Positions 11,446-24,300 of a stretch of 64,000 bases of DNA are shown here, one piece after another. This DNA is from Lama glama. Lineage: Eukaryota. The position numbers were made by a program, and so were the translations under genes. The notes below the pieces were generated by a model. The model ran no database searches, was not told the DNA's origin, and worked only from the letters and a program-made list of their open reading frames with translations. Every line of letters starts with the position of its first letter. The first letter of the stretch is position 1. The DNA is taken from positions 24,428,001 through 24,492,000 of the forward strand of contig CM052845.1 of assembly GCA_028534125.1 (NCBI GenBank), in the 5' to 3' direction.

Positions 11446-13179
11446 GGGTGCCAAAGGGCTTAAAACCAGGGCAGGGAAGGCAGCGGCTGGGGTCTCCCAT
11501 GGTGCACCGTCACCCCGACGGTGGGAAGGTGTCAGTGTCCATCCGGGAGCCCGTGACGCCCACTGTCTGCCCCTCCCCGCCATCTCCGCACACGCACGGC
11601 GGGCCTTACCAAACTAAACCCTGACCACACACGGCCTGTGTGGCACGCGTCCTTTAAGTCTCAGCTCCTAATCCCGCTCTGCCCAGTGAATCGCTGCTGA
11701 AGACGAAGCAGCGCGTTTCTGGCACAGCCAGCCAGCCCCCACTTCTCCCCTCCGCACCCGTCCAAACCCAGACCGAGGCTGGGGTCTCTGTACAACCAAC
11801 AACCACATTTTAACAGATGCTCCTATTTTCACGTTTGTGCTCGACAGTTGTGACAGTGACGCGACTTCCGACATAGAACATCGATTAATGGCAGGACGTC
11901 GATATTAGACCCGTCTGAATCCCAGCGAGATCCGCGTGGGAGACGGCTGTGAGCTACAGTTCCCATAGCAACGGGCAACGGCTGTTCAGCGAAGGCGCTG
12001 CTGTCTCTTCTGTGAGCCTCTGAGGCTCCACAGTCTGCACTGCGAAGTGGCTCCTGAAGACGCTCGTGTCGGGAGAGGTCAAACGCCGCCCTCGGGACAG
12101 ATCTGAGCGTGTTGCCCGTTTCTGCTCCCTGTGCAGAATGTTTCTCATTTCCCCCGCTGTTGTTAGTTTCACTAAAACATTTCGACCCAATTAATTATTT
12201 TTAAAAAGAAAAACTGCTTGGTCGAAAGCAAGCGGTGGTCCCCCACTTAGAGATGGGCGGCGGGTTTTCCTCCCAAACCTCGGCGACTTGCGTCTTGGTG
12301 TGGGTGCCTGAGATCGACAGTTTCATCCTCTGGAAACATCCCCTTGGCAACAGGGAAGTGTCTCCTGAGCTAAGCCGGGCAGCTGGTGCTGGTGGGACGA
12401 CCCAGGGCACCGGCTGTGCCTGGTTCTAACTCCAGGTCGGGGAAGGCCAGGAAGGGCTCCCACGCGGCCACCACGGCGCTGGGCTGCGATGCACACGAGG
12501 CCTGCCTGACCCCCAGACCCGCGCGTTTTCAAGCACACAGCTCCCCCTACCCAACCCCCGGCAGGGAAAGAGGGAGAGAGGCCACAGCATCGGAAATACA
12601 AAAACACAGGCAGCAGCTGTGTCTCTGCAGAGTTCCGGGGGGATGACCAGAGTGGCCTCTGGGGACAAAACAAGTATTTTAAGGTGGAAAACAGCCCATG
12701 ATATGGTGAATCCTCTGCACAAAGTATTCCATTTTCTCCACTTTTAGCAAAAATATTTACTTTTACTGTGTAAGCTGGGTGCATATTTACCAAAAAAGTT
12801 GGTGGAGGTGGAATAACCTCGCCCCTCAGTCAGGGACCAGTGGAAGGACCCAGCGCCGCCTACCCCCACCCGAGGTCGGGTTCCGGGAGCTCTGACGGAG
12901 CGCCTGCAGGTGGCGGGAAGCACCCCGAAAGGGCTGCCAGCATCCAGGGCCCCTGCTGAGTCAGGTCCACCTCAGGTCCCGCAGAAACTGGGCGACTGAC
13001 GGGTGCTTCGCGGAAACTGTGATCTCACGCCTGCGTCTGAGTCAGAAGTAACAGGTGCTCATGCCAGCTCTAGGGCTCGTGAGGTACCCGCATCCTTATC
13101 ACCTGGGCTGAGACACAGATTCTCAGGAGAGAGGCCCCCTTCCCCCTGGGGCGCGGCAGGCGCACCGTCCCCCATGTGA

Positions 13180-13262
13180 GCAACGGGACGAAGTCACACA
13201 GCTAAGGTGGAAAATCCGGGCTTCGACTGCAATGTCCTGACCTCAAATGATGTTCGTCCTCT
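13180..13262 (-). mobile_element. MIR SINE fragment
   Basis: aagtcacacagctaaggtggaaaatccgggcttcgactgcaatgtcctgacctcaaa. Confidence 0.5.
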
Positions 13263-16200
13263 AATTAAGAGGACAGGTTTGAAGGCACTGGGTCTCCATC
13301 TCAGAAACGGCCGAGACATTCTCAACAGGAAGAGGGGTTGACGTGGCTGTTAAAATGTTGGCAAAACAAAGTTTGAGAAAGAAAAAGAGAGACTATGTCT
13401 GTGCATCCAGACACATGACATCATGGCTCCGTTCCCGGCTCATGGGAGGTGCTCGCAGACCAGCCATCGCCACGCAGCGCCCCCTGCCCAGGACGCCGGC
13501 GCGCGGGGACTCCCCAGCTCACGTCGATGCAGCATCACTTTAGTTCACCAAGCAGGATTTTCACAGCCCTGCGGTCGATGCCAGGAAAGTGGGCCCACCC
13601 TCCTAGGGACGAGGACGCTCCGGCAGCCTGAACACGGAGCCTGGGGGATGTGTCCCCTCCGCCTTCCAGGCTGGCTTCTCCCGTCACCCGTCCTGGCAGC
13701 TCAGCGACCCGTCTCGAGGACTCTGATAATTGCCAGGGATGTTAAGTGTGATTTCCCCAGGGTCCCTCCAGGAATGCTCCACGCTGAGCGAGAGGACACC
13801 TCCCCCGCAGAGCGGGGCTGCTGACACCTGCGATTAATTCCCTGACGGCAGAGACACCACGGCTGCAGCCCCTGCCTCCCCGAGAGCGGATCAGCCCCCC
13901 CTGCCCCGGGGGGGTGCTCCCGGTCGGGGCTGCTCCGCGGCTGTCTGCAGACACGCTTGTTTGGGGGCGACGGGCGGGCTTGGTGATACCCTTTCCCTTT
14001 TCCCTCTAGTAACACTTACACGACGACCTCGGCCTGTGGTTCTGACGGGCCTCGCTCTCTGCTCTTTGAGGGCTTTGAGTCCCCCCCAGGGACTGCAGGG
14101 CACACGCGTTGTACCAGATCCCACGTGCGTCGTGGAGAAAGGGTTGTGACAGATCCGCAGGTGTCTGCAGGGTTAGAAGACCTCTCCTCCTGCAGATACA
14201 ACCTGCTTTTTGCCCACAGTGCTCCTGGGGTCCCACACCCCCGCTCAGAAGCCAGACGGCCCATCCAATTTCTCATCCACTTCCCGCACGGTTCCCGCAC
14301 CTCGAGGGAGGCTGCTGGTTTGCTGGATGTGTGTTTCTGGGCACAGAAAAGTTTCCCGCTTCAGTAGGTCTGTGGTTCCACTGCCTGGCTTTGTCATACT
14401 GGTCACGAGTGAGGCCTAAACGCGAAGTCCATCGTGGGAGGCACATCAAACACCATCCCCTCCAATGACCACAGCCCTCTTGCGAGCTCAGCAAATCCTC
14501 TTGCAAAGGTTTGTTTCCAAACCACGCTGTTGAAGGCGGGGCCGCGGCCGTCTGTGCGTGGAGAAGGCTGGCAGGACCGTTCACCTGTGGTTTATCCCTT
14601 GCTGTGGGTCACGGGCTTCTGTGACCAACTGTGCTTCACCCGCAGAGAAAGCCGGCTGGTACAGAACTGAGAGATGGGTTCTGTCGCCCAGAATGCACGA
14701 AGCGTCTTACACGACTGATTTTCCAGACAAACTCCTTTGGGAGCTGAGGGAACGCAAGCCCCACAGATTTTCCGGAGGAGACGTGAGCTCGCTGCACCTC
14801 AGAGCATCATCGGAACACGTGGTCCAGCCGAGGCAGCCCCAAAGTATGCTTCTGGAGTCCAGACTAAACCGTGCCGGAATCAAGAAGGGAGGGGGCTGAG
14901 GGGTCACCCTCCGGGGGGCAGTGGTCAGCTCCCTCTGAATCCAGCATGACCCAAACACACCGCAAGGGCAGTCAGACGCGTTCTCCAGGCTAACAGGCCC
15001 CGGATGCCCACTGTTGCCCTGGACTTCTTCTCCCAAACTCCACAGCACACGGAACGCAGCAGACACGCAGAGCAGCTTCGTGTGAGGGCTTTCCATGTGA
15101 AAAGCGCCAACGTGTTTTACTATTAACAAAAAATGACTTTCTAGAAACAAAAATAAAAAGATAAAGTTTCATAAATTCCATACCCAGCATTTTTTATTCC
15201 TTCACTCCCCCCTCCCCGGCAACAATTTCAGAAGGCGACGCCGCGTGAATCCTTATGGGACAATTAAAAATAAACGTGCAGACAGAACTGTGGTTTCCTT
15301 GGACTAATCTCTTCACTCCAAGTCCCTTAAATTAACTTGATGTTTCAGCCTCCGTCTTTCTCAAGGCACGTAGCAGTTCTGGAATATAAGAGCAGTTTCT
15401 CAGATTAAATTTGGCAGCTGCTTTTGTAGAGAAAGCAAAGCAAATCAATGAAGAATTTTTAAGCGTATAATCTTGATCTTGGCAACTGGCCTTTACAAAC
15501 AGTCTACGCCAGTGGAATACGAAGGAAGGAAAAAGCGGGGGAGAGACACCTGCTCCCGTCACGAGTGTGTGGTGGAAGCCATGCCAGGTGATCAGAACCC
15601 CCGTCGGAGCCGGGGTGACACTGGCGGTGGCCGGCCAGAGTGGGGCCTTCACCACCCTCAGCCGATTCAAGCACCAAAACAGCCCGTGAAGGGGATCCGA
15701 TGATGGCTGGTCTCTCCGCTCTATGGACAAAAACACCAGAGCAAAGAAGGAAGGGGGACCTTCTGGGGAGAAGCAGGCTGAGGAGGACCAGCCCAAGGTG
15801 CTCCGCCCCAGAGGGACAGCCTGCGTGGGCGAGGGCTCCGTCCTCCCAGGGCCCTCCTGCCCTTCCTCTCCTCTTGTCCGGTGCCTCCTGACTCCAGCTG
15901 CTCCTGCTCGGGGCAGGACCAGCCCGGCTGGCGGTGCAGACACACGTCAGAGAGTGGACAAATAAATGCTCTGCTCACGGCTAAAAAGTTAAACGTAGTG
16001 ATTTCCAGCCTTGGGAAACGTCCCGAGAATTTGAACAGGGCCTGAACACAATGGTTCTAAGCACGCATCAGACTGACAGGAGATGCAGTTTTTACCAACG
16101 GCCTGAAGATGTCCAAAGGTGGCTCCGTTTAGCGCCCTACACCTGAGTCCCGAGCGCCGTGACCTGACGTGTCCAGCGGGGTCGCACTCGCCTCGTCGCC

Positions 16201-18169
16201 TGCGCCCTCCGGTTACAGGGTCACTTGTTCTGGTGTGCACACACTTCCAGGGCCCTTTCCCCGTGGGGTGGGGGATGGGCGCAGAGACAGACAGCGGCCC
16301 TGACGCCCCAGCGCAGGGGCCTGGGGAGAGGCCGGCAACGAGCCCTCGTCACCCTCCTGTCCTGGTTCCTTGTGCCTAGTGTTGACGAAGCTGCTGTTCC
16401 GTTCTTGGTCGAACGTTGTCTTTTGTTTCTAAAGACAAACAGCCATTTAATAACCACTAAGTTTCTTTTTCCTCGGACGCTACCACTTAAAGCTGCTTCT
16501 GAGAGGAAACAAACCGAGTGGGCTCCCGAGACAGGGCTCACTTTAGACGGTCAGCTGCGGTCTGTCTTCAGCCAAGCCTGGGAGACGGGCGCAGACCTCC
16601 CTTGCTCTTACAGCAGCGACCGCTCACCGAGCTCGCGGTCTGACCCTCACCGTAAAGCCGAGCCCCTGGGCCCGGAGCTGCTCCGGGTTTGCCGAGGGCA
16701 CCGCGGCCACAGGGCAGGAGGGGCCACGTGCTCTGAACGTAACCCCGGGCTCCTTGGGCCAGGAGGCCTCCCGCTAGTTGAAAGCATCCCCCACCCGCAA
16801 AACACGTCAGCACAGATGACGTCCCCGTGTTGCAGAAAACACACACACATTCACACACACGTTCGACAGACACGCCTCAGTTCCTCTGTGTAAATGTCAT
16901 GAAGCCTTTAAATATTTAAACTGTGTTATTATTTTCTTATTATTTGTAGCAAGGACAATTTCTAATGCTTATTTTAAGTCCAAATTAAAATCTAACCAAA
17001 GGAATTGCAGCTCATTGGGGAAGAAGAGGGATTGAAATCTTTTGCAGACAATCTCATCTTTAACTGTGCACTGAAACCGATTAATGAGTCATAAAATTAT
17101 CCCAAAGGCAAATTGCATCTCAGGGGTTTATCTGATCACACAGTCCCACCGCCCGCCTCGTTAAAAATGAATTATGTTTCACACACGGTCTCTCCACCTT
17201 CCACTGGCCCTCCTTCCGCAGCACAGGCCCACTCACTGGTGCGCACCCGGGATTACCCAGAAGGCCGAGAAGCACCCACAGTGCATCTGGTGCGGCGGGC
17301 AGTGAGCCTCGGAGCTCTGACGCTCGGGACACGGCCGCAGACACAGCGTCGGATCATGACCTCGAACTCGCGGAGTGAGCAGGACCTAACGGTTTCAGCC
17401 ACCACAACGAGGGGGGGCTGTGCGGCCTGACAGGCACTAATTATCCCCATGCTGGCAGTCACACCGCAGCGCACAAACGCACCGAAAGGACGTGCCATGC
17501 ACCGTGAATCTGCATGTTGTGTGTCGAATGCATTTCAGAATAAATAGACAGACATACACTCTTCAGTCCAGAACTGGTGGCCCAATTATCTTGGCTGAGG
17601 AGATGAGTGTCGTTTAAGTCTTCTTCTTTTTTTTTTAACGAAACCAAACCATCCTTTTCTGTCTTGGAGCAAAGGATGCTGGGGGAGTGGACAGGGAGGC
17701 CCCTCTGCGCGTGGACGGACTTGGAGGGTTCTCTCTGTCTCCTAAACACCAGCCATCCTGCGCTGAAGCGGGTTCTCATCAGTGACACACGCGCCTCGGG
17801 GCGTTTCCTCAGCCCCCCCCCCCCACCCCGTGGCCACAGGCGGCTGCCCTCAGGAACTATTTCTTAGTAAGTTGTCATTGTCGTTGTCGGGACGTCTCAC
17901 ACAGGGCCGTGCCCCGCACCACTGAGCGGTTTCCAGGGCACGTTATCCATAGGTCAGTGCAGCCTTCCTTCCACTGACACGTCCTCAGCAGCTCCTGTAC
18001 CCCGATCTTCATGGGGCGCTCACTGCGGGTGACCCCGGCCGTCACGGCAGCAGCCACAGCTCCTGGAACAGGACACGGATGCACGGGACAGCTGCCGACG
18101 TGAGCGCCAAGTCCGTGCGTTGGGAGGGGAGCACAGGGGCTGGGTTGGCCTTCACGCTCGTCCGCGATG

Positions 18170-18345
18170 AACCTGTGGCCGTCCGGGCTGCGATGGGTCT
18201 ACAGCCTGAGGTCCTGTTGCCTCAGCCCACACTTATCACATCACAGTTCCTCCTTCGTGGGACCTGGAGGCACTGGTCCTGGTCCTCTGCCACCAGGCCT
18301 CATCCGGATACAGAAGCAGAGCCAGACTGCCGCCTGGGCCACGCT
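18170..18345 (-). mobile_element. MaLR LTR fragment (MLT1-type)
   Basis: cacacttatcacatcacagttcct...ggtcctctgc resembles the antisense MLT1D/E/F 3' end. Heavily diverged. Confidence 0.35.
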
Positions 18346-21300
18346 CGTGTTCAGGTGGTGGCCTCCCGTGGAAGGGACACCAGACCGGGCACGTGCGGGG
18401 CTGCGGAACGGGAGAGGCCAACTCCCCCGACCGGACACCCGGCCTCCCGTCCTGGGTCCCTGCAGGGCTGCGTGTGCCCGGCCGTCAGCCCTCGGCTCCA
18501 GGCCTTTAGAGCAGGAGGAAGCGTTCTCGAGCGAGTCAGACTGAGCTGGAAGCACCTCCTCGCCAGGGCCCTCTCCTTAGGAAGCTCCCCTGCAGGGAGG
18601 CCTCAAAGCAGCCACTCCAGCTGCTGGGGTCCCAGGCAGGAGCGCTCCCGTCGGAGCCGAGGGGGCCGGGCGGCGGACAGAGCCAACAGGGTGGGGCAGA
18701 CGGCGGTGCCGACAGGTCCACGCCTGGACGACTATGGGGTTTCAGTTGAGGAGGACGAGGGGAGGGCACCACTAACAAAATTCGTACAGAACCAGAGTGG
18801 GTGAGTATGGGATGTTCCAGAAGCAGCAAGAGGCTTGATTTGGGTGGAATAAAGGTGGTTTTGGCCGGAAGGAACGCAGCTGGAGTAACAAACTGGGCCG
18901 GGACAGTGTGGCTTCTCGGCTTAGAGACCGAGGCACCTAGCGAGGCCTGACACACAACCTCTTGCACACTCAGGACACACCACGGGTGTCAAACACCTTC
19001 CACAGGACGGTGCCGCGCATGCAGTTGTAGCTCAGAAATGTTACAGAGGTTGAGTCAGAATGGGAAGAAATCCCTGGCAGGGAGGAGACCAGGGCCGCTG
19101 ACACGGTCGTGGGGGGAGAGGTGACTTTGAAAATGTTGACAGAATTTTTCATGTTCATTCACCTAAAACACTGTGAAAGCAGACTTAACTCACTGGATCT
19201 GGGGTTCTGGCTGTGAACCAGGCTAAGTGACCGGAAAAATAATTACTTTTCCAAAACATGCCAGGGTCACACCCATTTGCTAGATTCTTCTGAAAGGCCT
19301 GAGAATATATTCTAAAGTGTAGGTTTTCAGGTTTCAGACCCCTGACAGTGAGGTCTCTGGTTTTCTGGAGCACACGACTTAATGCCGACCCGGCCACAAC
19401 ACACGAGCACCTACCCTTCACTGCTCAGGAGCGGGGATCACTGCACACGGCCTTTGCTGGCAGCCGAGACCCAGTGCTGTGAGAGGGAACCTCAAGAAGG
19501 ACGCAGTGCCTGGGGCGGCAGTGCGGACACGGGATTTGCCGGAGGAGCAGGACTCGGGCGTTCCTGCTAACGAAGCCGCGGGTCCTGGAGCGCGTGGACT
19601 TCCCCGCCCCGCGTTCAGGGCTTGACTGAAGCCACAGCTCCGCCCCCCACACACGCCGGTGTCAGGACTTTCGTTCTCCTCCTCGCGACAGACGACTGTG
19701 CGTGGCAGCTGTGTCCTGAAAATAAAATACCTCCCGAGAGCCGAAGGCCCTGGGCCCCTCAGCTTCTGTGCCACGAGCCTCGAACCTGTCGGCGAAGAGA
19801 AGGCCGTAACTCAGCCCCCCAAACGCAAATGCAGCTCGACTTCTCTGAAGTCACGCCAGGACCCTCCGCGGTCTGTTCAGAGACCTCCGCGGCTTCTCTG
19901 CACGGACCCTGCCCAGAGGCCGGCAGGGGCTGCCCCACACTGGGCGAGTCGGGGGGACACTGAGGTCACGGCTGTTCCCCCTCCCAGCACCACCCCCCAC
20001 TCCCTTCCCTCCTGCCTCCCGCCGTCTCATTTCGCTGTTCCCGTCTGCATTTGTCCACGACACTGACCTGGTGAAGGGGCGTCCCCAGCCTGGCGAGGAC
20101 CACCTTCACCCCCCAGATCTTCAGGGCAGGAGGGGAACCTCAGTTTTCTTTATCAGCACGAGGCTGTGATGGTAACGTGGGCTCCGCGGCTTCGTAGAGA
20201 CGGCCTGGCAAGTCCCTGCGGGAGTAGCGTCTGCGGGTAACAGGGTGGGCGGCCTGGTCTCCCTGCGCCCCTGGTTTTGTTCTGGGGGTGAGGGGGTCCC
20301 GGGCCTGCAGCACCAGGACGGGTGGCTTTCTAACCAAGTAAACCTATTGCTTGGAACTGAAGCACATCCTTACAAACTGGGGGAGCCTTTGCGCTAAAAG
20401 GTTTAAAGCAGAGAACGAATTTACGTTCACACTTTGGAACAAACACCTGGAGAGATACGATGGGCAGAAGGAGGGTTCTGGCGGGATGTTCTCGGAGGGA
20501 CGCAACCGCGGGGAGCGCCCCTTCCACACGGCACACGGGAGGCCGCCGCGTCCGCCGCTCCTCTCATGCTGAGCTCCTGGTGGGCGCTCTGCTGCATGGC
20601 CTTGGCGTCTGTCCATCTGGACATCTTCACAGAAGGAACCAGCGGCGGAGACCACGGCCTCCCACGGCCTCTCTCCTGGTGACCTTGGAGGATCTCTCAG
20701 CGCCGTTAGAGCCCCGTCCTCCCTCCCACAAAACGGCATCACAAGGTCTGATTCTCCTGGCTCACGGGAGGGCTGGACACACCTGTGTCTTAGTGGAATA
20801 ACCACACAACGTGAATGGCAGTAGCACCGCCTGGAAGGTTTTTAAAACCTCACTCCCACGGGGAGGTCCAGCTGTCACCACCAGTCCTCAGGCTGGGGCG
20901 CGCGGCAGAGAGAGGGTCAGAGGAGCAGACGGAGGGGAGGTGGGTGTCTGCTGGGCACGTCTGCTCAGACCCCGCCCTGGAAGCCCGGCCATCCATCTCC
21001 CGTCCCCCCGGATCCCCACTTTGCTTTCAGGGTGTGGGAGCACGAGGCAGAAAGTTGGGTGAGACGGTGGGGGCGTGCACACCACACCCCAGGTGCGCGG
21101 GCACAGTCGGAGGGGCACAGCTAACGGGTGGCAAGGGCAGAGCCCGTTACCAGAAAACTCTCTTCAGATGCAGGGACTTGATGCTTCTCTCTCTATAAAT
21201 CCAAGCTCGGGAAAATTCATGAAAATAATTTTGGAAGGTACTTAAACGAAGGGAGAACAGCTCTGGGCTTGTGAGACGGGGGGAGGAGGTGCTGCCTGAG

Positions 21301-24300
21301 GTGTAACAGGTGGTTCTGGGAGGAGGGGACGTGGAGGAGGGGAGGGAGGCCGGGCCAGGGCACCGCGTCCCGGCACCCTGTCTAGTCCTCCCAAGGGCCC
21401 ACTGGCTGAGCTCCGCCTCTGAAGAGGTACCGAGGCTCCCAGACGTGAGAGCCACTTGGCTGAAGTTAGAGACTCAGAAATCGCGTCTGGGGGTCAGCCC
21501 TGCTCCCCGGCCCCAAGGTTGGCGCCCGCTTGTGCTTTTCTGGGCTTTGAAGTGGAAAATCTGTTAACACCAGAATGCCCTGCTTACAAACCACATAGTT
21601 TCTGGTGTTCTGACGCTACGTGAGTCTGTTTTCTTCCAGGGGTAACAGTATGTGACTTGGCTGCTCACTGTACACTGTCAAAGTTCATGGTAAATTCAAA
21701 CAGACGCAAGCACTGATCCTCACACTGAACAGCTGACGTTAATGATTAAACACAACAACTAGCCTAAGGTGCTTTTCATTAAGGGACGCGGGCCCCGGTG
21801 GACGTCGGTGTCTCCGTGGTGACGCCTGCGTCACACGTGGCCAAAGCTTCATACCCTGGAACTCGGTCACTAAAGGCCAGAGAAACACTAAGTCAGCGGC
21901 CGAGTCGAAGCGACTCACAGCACCGCAGAAGTACAGCAGAGTAACGGCCAGAAGACCTTAAAATAACCACTTCTGCATCTCCGCCAGCACTGACTGTCCT
22001 TCCAGGAGGAGGCTGCTCAGGACAGGAAGCAAAAAGGAACTGGCAATGGAGCGTGTGCAGAGAGGCTCCGGATGAGGGATGATGGCAACCTGGGGAAAGC
22101 CCTGAGACAGACGACGGGGCTGGAGCCCAGCGGCTGCCGGCTTGCTCTCCCAGGGACGGGGTCTGGCGCCCTCGCGGACAACCAGGCAACACGACGCTGG
22201 GAGTGCGGCGACTGCTTCCCACTGACGAGCGACCTGGGGTTCACGATGGCGACTCGGCCACACTTCAGTCCAGGAAGAGAGCCGATCTGAACCCGACCTA
22301 TTTGTGAAATGGAATAGTCTTCAAGTCAGCTCCTGGGGAGACCTCCTTCAGGCACCCTGTTAAACTGTAGGACAGTAAAATAAGTTATTTTTGCAGAAAT
22401 AGGGGAAGGGGGCATAAAAGAAAAAGGGCGAGCCTAAAGGACGCATTTAAAGGGATCAAAGTTCACCAATACTCGCCGTGACCTCCTTCACCACAAGGGC
22501 AGTGGGAACACAGCAGGTCCCCGGACACTACGGGCTCTCTCACTGCCAGTCTCCTCCCAGTCCAGGGATTCTGTCGGTCCTGATGCAGGCGAGACCCCGC
22601 CAGCCCCCGAATGACAGGGCTGGAGGGGAGCTGGAGGGCTACGTGGAGGGCTGTGTCCCCTTGTCCGCTCGGTGTCAGGGCCCAAGGCCTGGAGGGAACG
22701 CCGTTTGGCTTACAGACGAGACAGCTTTCTTAGTTACCAGCCAAGCGTCTGCAGTGATCGGCTCACGGACGGGGAAGGTTTCGAGCACCGTAATCATACT
22801 CATCTCCTTTCCTGAACTTCCGCCTGGGGAATTTCAGAGATCGATCCTTCCTGAGTCCGTCTCCTCTGGTTCTCAGTCTGTCCTGACAAATCTGTGCTCA
22901 GGACGATGACCACCAAGGTGAGACAGTGCCCGCCCAAGACCACAGGGAGGGGTGGGGGTGCTCAGGAGGGCGGCTGAGCTCTGGAACCAGGACCACGGGC
23001 CTCCTTTGTCACAAGTGGACTCGCCTTTCAGGGAATTAGCCGAGGACCGAAGGACACATCATGCGCATCTTCTCCACGTCGTGGTCCCGGGCGCCCAGCG
23101 GGTCGTGGGAATCGGCATCGTGCACCGTGGCTGTTGGCACCACACTCTCCGCGCCTTTAAAACCTTAGCGTGAAAACGGCACTTGGGGCTTGTAATCAGC
23201 ACAGAGGAAGTAACGGGCGAGTGGTCTTCAGGCGCCAGAGATGCAGAAGTTCACCAGCATCCCCCGGCTTGGTTTCATCAGTAAAGCCTGCATTTTCACA
23301 TGGATGCTTATAACCTAGTCACGCCGGACGGTCATCAGCGCTGGAGCATTTCAAAGTCACGAAGCTGCATCCACATCATCTCGGTGCACCGGGCGGTGCT
23401 CCAGAATCTCGGTGGCAGAAGCCCTGCAGGACGCCAGGACTCCACGTCACCGACACCCTCAGTCAAGACACCAGGTCCTGGGATCGCTGGGGGGACAGAG
23501 GGGAGGGACATTCTCGGAGGACAGAGGCGAGCTGAGAGTCTGAGGTATTTCCAGAAAAGATGGCAGATGTGCTTGGGGGGCAAATGGAAACCATCCAAAG
23601 CTCCTAGGAGGGAAGGAACACACCCTGACTTTCAGGAGGAGAGACGTGCACGTGGTGTCGAGGGAACCTGGACGTGTGCTGGACGAGTGGGGCCGAGTGT
23701 GTAAGAACACAGGGTTCCCAGAGGGAGGCATCACTGTGGGCTCGAGGGAAAGGGAGAGCTGGAGAACAGACCGCGATGAAGACCACACTCCACGGGCTGC
23801 CTTCCCCGGGCGGCTGGTCATGTCTGAGACACCTTTGTTGCCATGACCAGAAACTAGCAGAGGAGGCCAGGGACGCTGCCAGACCTCCTGCCACGTGCAG
23901 GGCAGCCCCTCCCCAGTAAAGCAGCTCCCGGTTCAGAACCTGCACGGCACGACTGCCGGGAAACTCCTCAGCAGACCGTTCAGCACCCACGAGCCTCGCT
24001 CAGTAATTCTGGGTGACAAGGATCCCGTGACATCCTCACAACCCCGAACGCCCTCCTGCAGCCTTTGTGCCGTATTTACAGCAAAACTGGTGTGTGTGCA
24101 CTTTGGGAAAGAATTGCAGAAAAAGAGTCACATTTGATGGAGATTCAAGCCCCACCAGACACACGTCCGTGTGTGCATGTGGGCAAAGTCCTGCCACGGC
24201 TGCTCCGTGGCACCAACAGTGGTTTCCATGAAACGAGCACCACGCAGGGCCGGCGGCTGAGCAGTGCCGAGGCTCTTCCAGCACCCGCAGACTGGGACGT

